A stretch of 64,000 nucleotides of DNA, from assembly GCA_034521595.1 (NCBI GenBank), contig JAXHMG010000003.1, positions 2,336,001 through 2,400,000 on the forward strand, given 5' to 3'. The notes beneath the pieces were generated by a model. That model saw only the letters and a list, made by a program, of their open reading frames with translations. It was not told the origin of the DNA and searched no databases. Shown here piece after piece: positions 1-10,017 of the stretch (position 1 is its first letter; each line of letters starts with the position of its first letter). The translations under genes were made by a program, and so were the position numbers. The DNA is from Gemmatimonadota bacterium (GTDB lineage Bacteria; Gemmatimonadota; Gemmatimonadetes; Longimicrobiales; Gaopeijiaceae).

Positions 1-1019
1 ACCGTCATCTCGTTCAGGGTGAGGGTTCCGGTCTTGTCCGTGCAGATGATGGTCGCGGATCCGAGGGTCTGGACGGCGCCCAAATGTCGGATCAGGGCAT
101 TCCGTTTCATCATGCGCCGCATGCCGCGAGCCAGCGCGACCGTGGCGACGATGGCGAGTCCTTCCGGGATGGCGGCCACCGCCAACGCGATCCCTGTCTG
201 TACCATCATGACCAGGTTCCTGCCGGCCAGGATGCCGGCCGCGACCACGACGCCGGCAACCACCACCGTCAACCAGACGAGCTTCCGGCCCAGCCGGTCC
301 AGGCGTGCATCCAACGGAGACTCGTCGTTCTCGTCTCCCACCATCGAAGAGATGGCACCGAGCTCGGTGTCCATGCCGGTTTTCGCCACGATCCCCGTTC
401 CGCGCCCCCGACGTACGGTCGTGCCGCGATAGACCATGCATGAACGGTCAGCCAGCGGGACGCTCTCCTCGAGCGCTTCGGTCTCCTTGTCGACAGGGAC
501 GGACTCTCCGGTAAGTGACGATTCGTCGACCTGAAGTCCCTCCGCTTCGATCAGGCGCAGATCGGCGGTGACCACGTCGCCCTCGGAGAGCAGCACCACA
601 TCGCCGGGAACCAACTCCCGGGCCGCCACCGTCCGTGTCGCACCGTTCCTTCGTACGCGGGCCCCTGCTTGGCCCATCTTCCGTAGCGACTCCATGGAGC
701 GCATGGCACGGAGCTCCATCCAGAAGCCGATCGCGGTATTCACGACGAGCACGCCGCCGATCGCCACGGCCTCCGCGACGTCGCCGAAAGCAAGGGCGAC
801 CCCACCGGCCACGGCCAGAAGCAGCACGATCAAGCTTTCGAGCTGGTTCCACAGGATCGCGAGGAGGCCTCGTCGCTCCCGCACCTGCAAGCGGTTCCAC
901 CCGAAGCGATCGCGGCGCTCCTTCACCTCTCGGTCCGATAATCCTTCGTCCACCGAGACGTCGAGCGCCTTCTTCAGCTTCGCCGCCTGGAGCGTCCAAG
1001 GGTGCTCCGGAATTTCCAT
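1..1019 (-). CDS. Cation-translocating P-type ATPase (P2-type), 5' part; runs off window start
   Basis: Absent from the ORF track because it has no stop in the window. Manual translation from ATG at 1019 (MEIPEHPWTL...) gives in-frame LTGES, IPEGLAI and DKTGTLTLNEMT motifs. Confidence 0.95.
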   Translation of the reverse strand, partial: MEIPEHPWTLQAAKLKKALDVSVDEGLSDREVKERRDRFGWNRLQVRERRGLLAILWNQLESLIVLLLAVAGGVALAFGDVAEAVAIGGVLVVNTAIGFWMELRAMRSMESLRKMGQAGARVRRNGATRTVAARELVPGDVVLLSEGDVVTADLRLIEAEGLQVDESSLTGESVPVDKETEALEESVPLADRSCMVYRGTTVRRGRGTGIVAKTGMDTELGAISSMVGDENDESPLDARLDRLGRKLVWLTVVVAGVVVAAGILAGRNLVMMVQTGIALAVAAIPEGLAIVATVALARGMRRMMKRNALIRHLGAVQTLGSATIICTDKTGTLTLNEMT

Positions 1020-1380
1020 ACTCAATGGCTTCGCTCGACGACTTCGATTCGTGCATCCGCGGTACTTCCCACCCACGGAACCGGTTTGAACACCACCACC
1101 GGATGGAGGACCCTCAATCCGGCATCGGGGCCCCCTCCATCAGCCGGAAGGGTCCCACATCCTGCAGGGAAGCTCAGCTGGCTCACGTCCGGGTTGGTCG
1201 TTGTAGGTGGCAACAGAGCCGTGACCTCGTAGCAGCAGACTCCGGGGACCCGACTGATGTCCTCGTGCGCGTCGCAACGCTCAGCATATCGTAACGCCTT
1301 TGGGCTTTCGCTGTGGCCCGGTGGTCGACACGGGCGCACTGCGCATATACGGGGATGCGAAACGGTGTGAGATTTCTCTC

Positions 1381-2823
1381 ATGCATATCCTCGTCACCGG
1401 TGCGACCGGATACATTGGCGGCCGCCTCGTGCCGAAGCTCCTCGCCGCCGGACACCAAGTCCGCTGCCTGGTCCGGTCCGAGGCCAAGTTGCGTGGCCGC
1501 GACTGGAGTGACCACCCGAGCCTGGAGATCTTGGAAGGCGATGCGGCCGACCCCGCATCCCTGGACCGGGCTCTCGAGGGCCAGGAGGTAGCCTATTACC
1601 TGATCCACTCGATGGTCGTGGCCGGTGGGGAGTACGCGGACCGCGACCGGATACTGGCCGAGAATTTCGCCCAGGCCGCAGAGCGTCAGGGCACCGCGCG
1701 CATCCTCTATCTCGGGGGGCTCGGCGAGACCGGAGACGGCTTGAGTGAGCACCTCGCTTCTCGCCGCGAGGTCGAAGAAGCGCTCGCCTCCACCAACGTA
1801 CCGGTCACGGTGCTCCGGGCCGCGATGATCATCGGCTCGGGATCGGCCTCTTTCGAGATCCTGCGCTATCTGGTGGAGCGGCTGCCGGTGATGGTCACGC
1901 CCCGGTGGGTACATACCGAATGCCAGCCCATCGCCGTTCGCAACGTGCTGCACTTTCTGATCGCCTCCCTGGATACGCCCGAAACCACGGGCCGGACGCT
2001 CGACATCGGCGGACCCGAGGTTCTCCGTTATGTGGAGATCATGCGCATCATGGCGCGCGCTCGCGGTCTGACGCCGCGGGTCATCGTTCCGGTGCCGGTG
2101 CTCACGCCCCGGCTGAGCTCGCTCTGGATCCATTTGGTGACCCCGCTCTCGTCACATATCGCGCGGCCCCTGGCGGAAGGTCTGCGCAATCGGGTCGTCT
2201 GTCAGGACGACGAAGCGGTCCGCCTCATGCCACAACGGCTTCTCACCGTCCGCGAGTCGATCGACGCCGCCCTGGGCCAGCTGGCCCGCCAGAAGGTGGA
2301 GACGGCGTGGAGCGATGCCGGCGTCATGCCTGGGGATCCCGACTGGGCGGGTGGAACGACGTTCACGGACCATCGCACGATCGACGTGGACGCGCCGCCA
2401 GATCAGATCTTCGCCGCCATCTGCCGTGTCGGGGGCGGACACGGCTACTACGCTGCAGCGTGGTTGTGGCGGATCCGGGGGGCCGTGGACCGCCTCATTG
2501 GTGGACCAGGCCTGCGCCGCGGACGGCGAGATCCGGAGCGTCTCTCTGTCGGAGACGCGCTCGATTTCTGGAGGGTCCAGGAGGTCTCGCCTGGCCGAGC
2601 CCTCCGCCTCCGCGCGGAGATGAAGGTGCCCGGGGAAGCCGAGCTTGCCTTCATCATCCATCCGCCCGAAGCCAACCATCCGCTCACCCGCGTCGAGCAG
2701 ACTGCGCGGTTCAAACCGAAGGGGCTCCTCGGGCTTGCGTATTGGTTCATGGTGGCCCCGATGCACTCGATCGTCTTCCAGGGTATGCTGGAGGGAATTC
2801 GGCGGCGCGCTGAGCGGGCGTAA
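1381..2823 (+). CDS. NAD(P)-binding SDR family protein with C-terminal DUF2867 (YbjT-like)
   Basis: Starts MHILVTGATGYIGG (Rossmann); YYLIHSM and HLASRREV; C-terminal GDALDFWRV...LRAEMKVPGEA...GLAYW typical of DUF2867. Confidence 0.9.
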   Translation: MHILVTGATGYIGGRLVPKLLAAGHQVRCLVRSEAKLRGRDWSDHPSLEILEGDAADPASLDRALEGQEVAYYLIHSMVVAGGEYADRDRILAENFAQAAERQGTARILYLGGLGETGDGLSEHLASRREVEEALASTNVPVTVLRAAMIIGSGSASFEILRYLVERLPVMVTPRWVHTECQPIAVRNVLHFLIASLDTPETTGRTLDIGGPEVLRYVEIMRIMARARGLTPRVIVPVPVLTPRLSSLWIHLVTPLSSHIARPLAEGLRNRVVCQDDEAVRLMPQRLLTVRESIDAALGQLARQKVETAWSDAGVMPGDPDWAGGTTFTDHRTIDVDAPPDQIFAAICRVGGGHGYYAAAWLWRIRGAVDRLIGGPGLRRGRRDPERLSVGDALDFWRVQEVSPGRALRLRAEMKVPGEAELAFIIHPPEANHPLTRVEQTARFKPKGLLGLAYWFMVAPMHSIVFQGMLEGIRRRAERA

Positions 2824-3140
2824 ACTCCCCGGCGACGACCTTCGTTGGATCAACGAGCGAATCGCTTCCGTGTTTCAAGGAGGCTTCGAGCTGCTCGCCA
2901 CGGGAAGACGGGGCGGCAATGTATGCGCCACGACGGGGGTGAGCCACCCTGTATCCGAGAGCCGGAATCTGGATTCGAACACCACGCGAGCTTATACCGG
3001 CTGAACGTATGATTCATACCCGTATTCCCGCGTGCGACCGTCCGATGTCTTCCACACCACCCCATTTTGCCAGTCCAGCCCGGGATCCCTCACGTCCGGA
3101 CCGCCCGGTGAGTGCAGCCGTCGAGCCCGCGACCCAGCCC

Positions 3141-3347
3141 CTGAAGCCCCTGGCCGGCATCCCTACGCTCCTGCTCTGGGGCATGCAGGACCGTGCGTTC
3201 GGCCCGGAGGATCTGGCGCGCTGGCGCGACGCGCTCCCCCGGGCCGACGTCGTCGAATTTTCCGAAGCCGGGCACTTCGTGCAGGAAGAGGCGCCGGACG
3301 AGGCCATCGCCGCGATCCGGCGGTTTCTGGCTTCGATCCTGAGCTAG
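3141..3347 (+). pseudogene. C-terminal remnant of alpha/beta hydrolase (haloalkane dehalogenase-like)
   Basis: PTLLLWGMQDRAF...AGHFVQEEAPDE carries the catalytic His region; no nucleophile-elbow N-terminus upstream. Confidence 0.7.
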
Positions 3348-3433
3348 CAGCCCGTGGTAGGCTGTCCCGATTCAGGGTCGGCGCGGCGGAAGCGCCCCGT
3401 CGGGACGTAGCGGTTCCACCGCGCGAGATCCGG

Positions 3434-3919
3434 TCAGGATCGGGGAGGCGTGACCGCCGCGGGTGCGCCGCGAATCCATCCGACGAAATCCACTGGAGCA
3501 GGCTCCACACCCGCCTGCCTCAGCAACAAGTTGACCTTCCCTCGGTGATACTGCCCGTGAAGGGCCACGTGGAGCAAGATGTCGCCGACCGAGGTCTCGA
3601 ACGAGGCACCGGCCGAGTTGGTGTAGCGCACCGGCCGGTCCAACCACGCCTCGTCGAGCCCTCCGAGATACGCCGAGAATGCCGAGGCCAGCCGTTCCCG
3701 CAACGTGTCGACCTCGTCGGGCGGGAGGTCGGGCCACACTGGCGCCATGGGCTCGCGCCCCTCCAACCGCGCCAGCCAGGTCTCCTCGGCACCCAGCACA
3801 TGCGTGTACTCCAACCACGCCTCCCGGAGGTCCGGACGACGGCAGAGGTTTTCGTATAAGGCTCGGTCGGCCCAGACCATGAAGTCGTGGAGTCGGCGCA
3901 ACTCTCGAATACGGCTCAT
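3434..3919 (-). CDS. DinB family protein
   Basis: HVLGAEETWLARL and ILLHVALHGQYHRGKV His motifs; start MSRIREL at 3919. Confidence 0.9.
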   Translation of the reverse strand: MSRIRELRRLHDFMVWADRALYENLCRRPDLREAWLEYTHVLGAEETWLARLEGREPMAPVWPDLPPDEVDTLRERLASAFSAYLGGLDEAWLDRPVRYTNSAGASFETSVGDILLHVALHGQYHRGKVNLLLRQAGVEPAPVDFVGWIRGAPAAVTPPRS

Positions 3920-4191
3920 CGGACACTCCGTTGCAGGTTGCGGGTGGGGCTCATCCGCCGTGTCGACGCGCAGTGTACATTCAACCGCTACCCTCCCTCC
4001 AGACATGGACGCAACCGGGTGGAAGTCATCGCCCGAGTCGAAGGGAACCTTCCGGAGCTCTCGTGGGGCGTGGGCTTGGAGGGAATGGGGCGACGGCTTA
4101 ATACTGGGGTCACATCCGGCACCCGAACGCGGTCGGCGTGTACGCTGGAAGCACGACGAACGTCGGATCACCACGAAGGGAGGAGAACACC

Positions 4192-4671
4192 ATGGGTTTC
4201 GCCCTATCAGACATGCAGGTCCGGTCTTCGGCCTTCGACGACCGCGAGCGCATTCCCCGGAAGCATACGGGAGAGGGCGACGACGTCTCTCCGGCAATCG
4301 AATGGACGAGTGCCCCGGACGGCACCCGGGCGTACGCCGTCATCTGCCATGACCCTGATGCGCCGCTCTGCAAGCCGGGGAGCTACGGATTCGTGCACTG
4401 GGTCCTCTACAACATCCCCGGCTCGGTGAAGGGCATTCCGGAAGGTGGGGGTGAGGAGTATACCACAGGGCAGACCGATTTCGGACGGACCGGATACGGC
4501 GGGCCGATGCCGCCCGAAGGCCACGGCCCGCACCATTACTTCTTCTGGGTGCTCGCGCTCGATCGTGAGCTCGACCTCCCACCCGGACTCACGATGGAGC
4601 AACTCCTGGAACAGGTGGAGCCCCACGTGGTCGGCATGAACAGGCTGGTAGGAACCTACGAGCGGAGCTGA
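4192..4671 (+). CDS. YbhB/YbcL family (PEBP/Raf kinase inhibitor-like) protein
   Basis: HDPDAP, FVHWVLYNIP, GYGGPMPPEGHGPHHY; strong RBS GGAGGAG before ATG at 4192. Confidence 0.93.
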   Translation: MGFALSDMQVRSSAFDDRERIPRKHTGEGDDVSPAIEWTSAPDGTRAYAVICHDPDAPLCKPGSYGFVHWVLYNIPGSVKGIPEGGGEEYTTGQTDFGRTGYGGPMPPEGHGPHHYFFWVLALDRELDLPPGLTMEQLLEQVEPHVVGMNRLVGTYERS

Positions 4672-4780
4672 TTCGCCGCGGCTCCCCGGCGCAACGATGA
4701 GAACGGCACGAACGCCCCCTTACCCTCGTCGCGGGTGAACGGCCCACGACCCCACGCCAACAGTACGATGGGAGCCCCGC

Positions 4781-5551
4781 TTGGATCCCGAGCTGCTTCA
4801 CCTCCTGTGGATCACGTTCCTAGCCGCGACGCTGGCCGACGTGTCGATGGTCTTCGGGGTCGCCCCGTTCTTCTTTCTGAAGGACATGTCGGCACGCGCG
4901 GCCGGAACCCTGTCGGCGACGGCCGCGGGGATGATGGCTGCGGCGGGGCTCGTGCAACTCGTCGGCGAAGGGCTCCGGGCGGCGCCCGGGATCCGCGCCT
5001 GGGAAGTCGCGACGGGCCTCGCCCTCGGATCGCTCTTCTATGCGAGCGCTGCCCGGTGGGTGCGAACCCACGAAAGCTTCGACCTTCTCGAGCTGCGGCA
5101 GAGCGGCGGGGTGCAGTCGCTCATGATCGTTGCCGCCATGACGGTACACTCCCTGCCGGAAGGCATCGCTATCGGTGTGTCGTTCGGCTCCGGGGAGGAA
5201 GGGCTGGGAATCGCGGTCGCCTCGGCGCTCGCCGTGCACAACATTCCCGAGGCGATCGCCATCACGCTCGCGTTGCGCGCGAAGGGCGTCTCGACCTGGC
5301 AGTGCATGGGATGGGCGCTGTTCACGAGCCTTCCCCAACCTCTCGCCGCACCCTTCGCCGCCTGGTTCATCTGGATCTTCGAGCCGCTGCTTCCCTTCGG
5401 CATGGGGTTCGCGGCCGGCGCCATGACCTTTTTGGTCGTAGACGACCTCCTGCCCGAAGCGCTGGACGAGATCGACAAGACGCGCACCGCCTCCGCGTTC
5501 ATGGTCGGAGTGGTCGCCATGATCGTGCTCGGCCGGCTCGTCGGGATGTGA
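4781..5551 (+). CDS. ZIP family (ZupT/GufA) divalent metal transporter
   Basis: HSLPEGIAIG and HNIPEAIA motifs, FAAGAM, about 8 hydrophobic segments. Confidence 0.92.
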   Translation: MDPELLHLLWITFLAATLADVSMVFGVAPFFFLKDMSARAAGTLSATAAGMMAAAGLVQLVGEGLRAAPGIRAWEVATGLALGSLFYASAARWVRTHESFDLLELRQSGGVQSLMIVAAMTVHSLPEGIAIGVSFGSGEEGLGIAVASALAVHNIPEAIAITLALRAKGVSTWQCMGWALFTSLPQPLAAPFAAWFIWIFEPLLPFGMGFAAGAMTFLVVDDLLPEALDEIDKTRTASAFMVGVVAMIVLGRLVGM

Positions 5552-5743
5552 GGCGCTCGGGGTGCCGGGTTCGACCCGACGCTCCCTCCGGCACCCTCCT
5601 CGTGCGGCTCGGTCTAACGTTCACGCGAACGCGCACGTCTATTCCAGCATACGGGCCCGGCGTGACTCGACGGTGCGAGCGTCATGGGGTCACGAGCACA
5701 GCACCAGCCGAGTGCCTTCAACCAACGAGCCCCAAGAAGACCC

Positions 5744-8158
5744 GTGACACGTACGTTCCCTTTCGCATCCTCGCTGATCTTGGCGATCTCGCTTCTGACG
5801 CTCGGATTCCCGGGCTTCCTGAGCGCCCAGACGGCCCAAGTAACAGGTGTCGTGCGGGACGCGAACACCGGGGAACCGATTCCGGGCGCTTCCGTCACGC
5901 TCGTACAGCTCGACGACACGACCAACACGCGAACGGTTTCCGCGAACGCGCGTGGGCGAGCTCTCTTCGTGGGTGTTCCGCCCGACAGGTACCGGGTGCG
6001 CGTCACGAGCATCGGATACGGCCCTCGGGTGCTCGACGAGGTCGAGGTCGCGCCGGACTCACGCCACGATCTCGGCACGGTCGGGCTCACGGTCGAGGCG
6101 TTCGAGCTCGACGCTCTCGACGTTACCGCCGAGCGGTCGGCGGTGACCTTCGAAGCGGACCGGACGGCATACGACATCACGGCCATGCCCTCCGCGCAGG
6201 GGAGCGCGGCCGCCGACCTGCTCCGCAACATGCCGGAGCTCGAGGTCGACCTCGACGGACAGGTGTCGATGTACGGCTCGGCGACGGAGATCTACATCGA
6301 CGGACGGCCGGCACCGATGGACGGCATGTCCCTGTCCGTGTTCCTGGAGCAGTTCCCGGCCGAGAACATCGAGCGCATCGAGGTCATCGACAGCCCCTCG
6401 GCCCGGTACGGCGCCCAAGGATCCGGCGGGATCGTGAACATCGTGCTGCGGGAGGGGGTCGAGCTCGGGCTCACCGGGCTCGCTTTCCTCAACGGCGGGA
6501 CACGAGGCGAGCTCGGAGCCGGCGCGCGGGCGACCCTTCAGCGCGGGCCGTGGACGGTGAACAGCGGCCTGAACGCGAATCGCTCGAACCGTGAGTCTTC
6601 GTCCTTCGACCTCCGGCAGAACCTCGTCGCGGACCCCACGACCTTCCTGCGACAGGAGTCGATCTCCGAGCGGTCCGGGCGGTCCGGGAACCTGGATCTG
6701 GAGGTCCGCTACCAACCCACCGAAAGGGCACGGTTCTGGGTGGAGGGCCGCGTGAGCGGCCGTGACGACGGGTCGGAAGGGGCGACGACCACGACGCACA
6801 TGGACGAGAACCAGGATCCCACGTCGGAATATCGTCGCTCGTCGTCTCTGGATGCCGGGAACGTCACCGGCCGGATCGGTACGGGGTTCACCTACGAGTG
6901 GGAACGGAGGCGACACGAGCTCGAGATCGAGCTCGACATCGACGCCGACCGGACCCGTGAGGACACCCGTGAAGAGCTCGACATGCTCGATCCCGGCGCG
7001 ACCGGGGGCCCGCTGCCCGCGGAGCTCACGCTCGAGGAGGAACGACAGCGTGAGAGCGAGATCCGTCTCGACGTGGACTACGTGCGCCCCTGGTCCGAGG
7101 ACGGACGGGTCGAGATGGGATACCGGCTCGAGACCAACCGGGATGAGAGCGACCGGCTCCTCGAGCTCCGCGACACGGACCAAGCCGGGATCCCGACCGC
7201 GTCGAACCTCGGATTCGATCACGCCCAGACCTTCAACGCACTCTACCTGACGCTCCAAAGACAGCTCGGGCCCCTGGGCGTTCAGCTAGGTCTGCGGGGC
7301 GAGCACTCGGACACGCGCTTCGAAGTGCCGACGGGCGAGGCGTTCGAGAACGACTACTTCAGCCTCTTCCCGAGCGCGAGCCTGTCCGCCCGCCTCGACC
7401 AGGAGCGCCAGCTCCGGCTGTCCTACTCCCGCAGGATCGGGCGGCCGTCGACCTCGGTGCTCAACCCCATCGATCGCTCCACGGATCCGCTGAACCGTCG
7501 GGTGGGCAATCCGAACGTCGATCCGGAGTACACGCATTCCCTGAGCCTCCACGCCATCTGGTCGACCCCCTTCGGTCGCCTCCGGCTCTCGCCCTACTAC
7601 CGCCGGACGGACGGAGGATGGGCCGAGATCACGTCGGTGGACGGCGATGGCATCTCCACCCGGACATGGGACAACGTCACGTCGGAAGAGCGCTACGGCG
7701 CTACCCTCACCGCCTGGCTGCCACGCGGGGAGCGGGTGAGTGGTTTCGTGAGCGTCGGAGGGAATCGCACTGCCCGGGACGCCAGTAATCTCGCCGATCG
7801 TTACTCGAGTAGCTCGCTTCGCTGGCAGACGCGCGTCAGCCTGGAAGCGATGGTGACGGAGAAGCTGAGCGTGGAGAGCCGGAGCTCCTACCGTCCTGCT
7901 GTCGACCTGCCCCAGGGACGCTCGGACGCCCAGATATCGACCGACTTCGGCCTTCGCTATCGGTTCCTGGACCGGCAGGCCTCGCTCCGCATGGCGTTCG
8001 AAGATCCGCTCGGCCTACGGGAGTCCTCCCGCGAGATCCGAGACCTGACACACGTGCAGATCGGACGCAGCTCGGAGAGCAGCAGGAGCATCCGCTTCAG
8101 TGTCTCGTACGCATTCGGGGGAGGGGGAGCGATGCGCGGCAGGGGTCGGCGGCGGTAA
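5744..8158 (+). CDS. TonB-dependent receptor / outer-membrane beta-barrel with N-terminal carboxypeptidase-regulatory-like domain
   Basis: Signal peptide, VTGVVRDANTGEPIPGASV, plug motif IERIEVIDSPSARYGAQGSGGIVNIVL, GNPNVDPE, terminal SVSYAF strand. Confidence 0.9.
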   Translation: MTRTFPFASSLILAISLLTLGFPGFLSAQTAQVTGVVRDANTGEPIPGASVTLVQLDDTTNTRTVSANARGRALFVGVPPDRYRVRVTSIGYGPRVLDEVEVAPDSRHDLGTVGLTVEAFELDALDVTAERSAVTFEADRTAYDITAMPSAQGSAAADLLRNMPELEVDLDGQVSMYGSATEIYIDGRPAPMDGMSLSVFLEQFPAENIERIEVIDSPSARYGAQGSGGIVNIVLREGVELGLTGLAFLNGGTRGELGAGARATLQRGPWTVNSGLNANRSNRESSSFDLRQNLVADPTTFLRQESISERSGRSGNLDLEVRYQPTERARFWVEGRVSGRDDGSEGATTTTHMDENQDPTSEYRRSSSLDAGNVTGRIGTGFTYEWERRRHELEIELDIDADRTREDTREELDMLDPGATGGPLPAELTLEEERQRESEIRLDVDYVRPWSEDGRVEMGYRLETNRDESDRLLELRDTDQAGIPTASNLGFDHAQTFNALYLTLQRQLGPLGVQLGLRGEHSDTRFEVPTGEAFENDYFSLFPSASLSARLDQERQLRLSYSRRIGRPSTSVLNPIDRSTDPLNRRVGNPNVDPEYTHSLSLHAIWSTPFGRLRLSPYYRRTDGGWAEITSVDGDGISTRTWDNVTSEERYGATLTAWLPRGERVSGFVSVGGNRTARDASNLADRYSSSSLRWQTRVSLEAMVTEKLSVESRSSYRPAVDLPQGRSDAQISTDFGLRYRFLDRQASLRMAFEDPLGLRESSREIRDLTHVQIGRSSESSRSIRFSVSYAFGGGGAMRGRGRRR

Positions 8159-8184
8159 GAAGGCCGCTCGCCCCACGAGCGGCA

Positions 8185-10017
8185 TCACCCCAACGGCACC
8201 TCCGTCGTGTGCGTGCCGCCCTTCTGACTCGTGTAGGTCAACGTGACGGTGCCGCTCCCGCTCACGATCCAGCTCACCGTGACGTCCCCGAACCCCGGGA
8301 CGCCTTCCTCCACGTGGAGCGTGGACGCGTCACCGTCCACGAGGTCGATCCGGTCACGTAGCTCACCGGCGGCGAGCCCTCCGGCTTGCACCGTCGCCCC
8401 CGAGAGCGACACCCGGTCGGGCAGACCCGCACGGTACATGCGGGCGGCGTCGCTCCGCGTGGGGATCACGCGCTCGTTCCGCATGGTCGCCGTGACCCTG
8501 TATGTGTCCCCCCGGATCGGCTCGACCTCGACCTCGCCCCAATCGAGCAGGGGCATGTGGTCGGCGTGAAAGAGGGCGAACATGGCGTTCCGGTGGGCGA
8601 GCTCCTGAAGCATGAACGGGGGCGTGGTGCGCCCGAACCACTTCGACGAGAAGCCCCCGATCTCGACCTCGCCGAGCGTCGGGTGCTCGAACGGGGTCCA
8701 GTCCTTGAAGCGCGCGCCCATGCTCAGCCGGTCGTTGAAGAAGAGCTCCTGTAGCTCCTCCGGCTCCGGAGCGTCTTCGTCCCAGGCTTCGCTGTAGAAC
8801 TGGTTACTCGACCAGAGCTCGTTGGTGAAGCTGATGACGCCGAGCGCGTCGTGCGCCCAGTCGAGCGTCCCGCCGTACACCGTGTAGAGGTCCCGCCAGA
8901 TGTTCATGTACCGGTAATACGGCAGCATGAGCTCCCCACGCGTGCCGATGTACTCGTAGATCTCGGCGTCCGCGTCGGAGTACTCGCCGGTTCCCTTGTA
9001 GTACTCGGAGCCCGGACCATAGAGGATCATCCCGCCCGAGTTATGCCAGGACTGCGCGGCCGCGATGTTCGGATGGCTCTTCAGCCACTCGCCCACGGCC
9101 CGGGTTTCGGGCCAGGAAAACGGGTACCGATACGCACCGCCCTGGACATGGGAGGGCTGCCAGTCGGAGGGGAAATCGCGGTTCATGTCGTATCCGCCGC
9201 GGGCGTCTTCCCCACGCTCGCCGTCCCCGTCCGTATCCACGGCCTCGCGCCCGAGGAAGATGTAGTCGCCGCGCTCCCCCTCCGGCGCTTCCACCATCAG
9301 TCGAGGGTCGACCGGGCTCTCCACCAGGTCTCCGCGCCCGGGCACGTGCTTGCGCATCATCCGGATCTCACCGTCGCCGTCCAGGTCATCCGGATTGTCC
9401 TCGTTCGCGCGACCATCCAGGTCGGAGTCCCACTCCGCCATTCCCGAGCGGGACGGTCCCCCCGTGTCCATGAAGTTCTGCCGCCCGTCGGGGTTCATCG
9501 TCGGGATGATGTAGAACACCCGCTCGTCGACCAGCTCCCGCACGGCGGGAATGTGGTCGTAGTTCTCCATCAGGAACCAGATGAGGTAGAGGTTGACCTC
9601 CAGTCCCTGGATCTCGTTTCCGTGGATGTTTCCGTCCACGTAAAAGGCGGCCTTCGACGTGTGCGGCCCGGTCTCGGGGTTGTTGATCGTCACCGCCCAA
9701 AGCTCCCGGCCCTCCACGGAAGTACCGGCGCTCTCCACCGTGAGGAAGTCCCCGTACGCGTCCTCGAGCCGCTCGAGCGCGTCGGTCAGGTCCTCGTGGT
9801 CGTAGTAACGATCGAAGCGGAGGTCGACGCGCGGCTCCCGGTCCGGGAACGCGAACATGCCCGACCCTCCGGTCTGGGCTTCGGCCGTTCCGACCCCGAG
9901 GGCCGGCAGCGCGGCCAGCGCGAGGCCCAAGGCCATACCCCATGCCACGGCGACTCCGCTTCCCGACACGAACCGGCCCGCGGCGTGCATCCGGAGTGCT
10001 CCATGTGAATGCCTCAT
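8185..10017 (-). CDS. Secreted M14 family zinc metallocarboxypeptidase (catalytic residues intact)
   Basis: GNIHGNE (HxxE), NPDG, NRDF, SWHNSG (third Zn His), FTNELW (catalytic Glu); DxDGD Ca-binding loops; signal peptide. Confidence 0.92.
   Translation of the reverse strand: MRHSHGALRMHAAGRFVSGSGVAVAWGMALGLALAALPALGVGTAEAQTGGSGMFAFPDREPRVDLRFDRYYDHEDLTDALERLEDAYGDFLTVESAGTSVEGRELWAVTINNPETGPHTSKAAFYVDGNIHGNEIQGLEVNLYLIWFLMENYDHIPAVRELVDERVFYIIPTMNPDGRQNFMDTGGPSRSGMAEWDSDLDGRANEDNPDDLDGDGEIRMMRKHVPGRGDLVESPVDPRLMVEAPEGERGDYIFLGREAVDTDGDGERGEDARGGYDMNRDFPSDWQPSHVQGGAYRYPFSWPETRAVGEWLKSHPNIAAAQSWHNSGGMILYGPGSEYYKGTGEYSDADAEIYEYIGTRGELMLPYYRYMNIWRDLYTVYGGTLDWAHDALGVISFTNELWSSNQFYSEAWDEDAPEPEELQELFFNDRLSMGARFKDWTPFEHPTLGEVEIGGFSSKWFGRTTPPFMLQELAHRNAMFALFHADHMPLLDWGEVEVEPIRGDTYRVTATMRNERVIPTRSDAARMYRAGLPDRVSLSGATVQAGGLAAGELRDRIDLVDGDASTLHVEEGVPGFGDVTVSWIVSGSGTVTLTYTSQKGGTHTTEVPLG

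Noticed and set aside
19-1294. Plus-strand ORFs 19..432, 568..1089, 635..1294
   Set aside because: Antisense shadows of the P-type ATPase, which the ORF track missed.
1020-1380. Possible metal/ion riboswitch upstream of the P-type ATPase
   Set aside because: Hairpins are present, but no yybP-ykoY or M-box consensus was recognisable.
4735-6594. 619-aa Arg/Gly-rich ORF
   Set aside because: Off-frame overlap with the ZIP and TonB genes; high-GC artefact.
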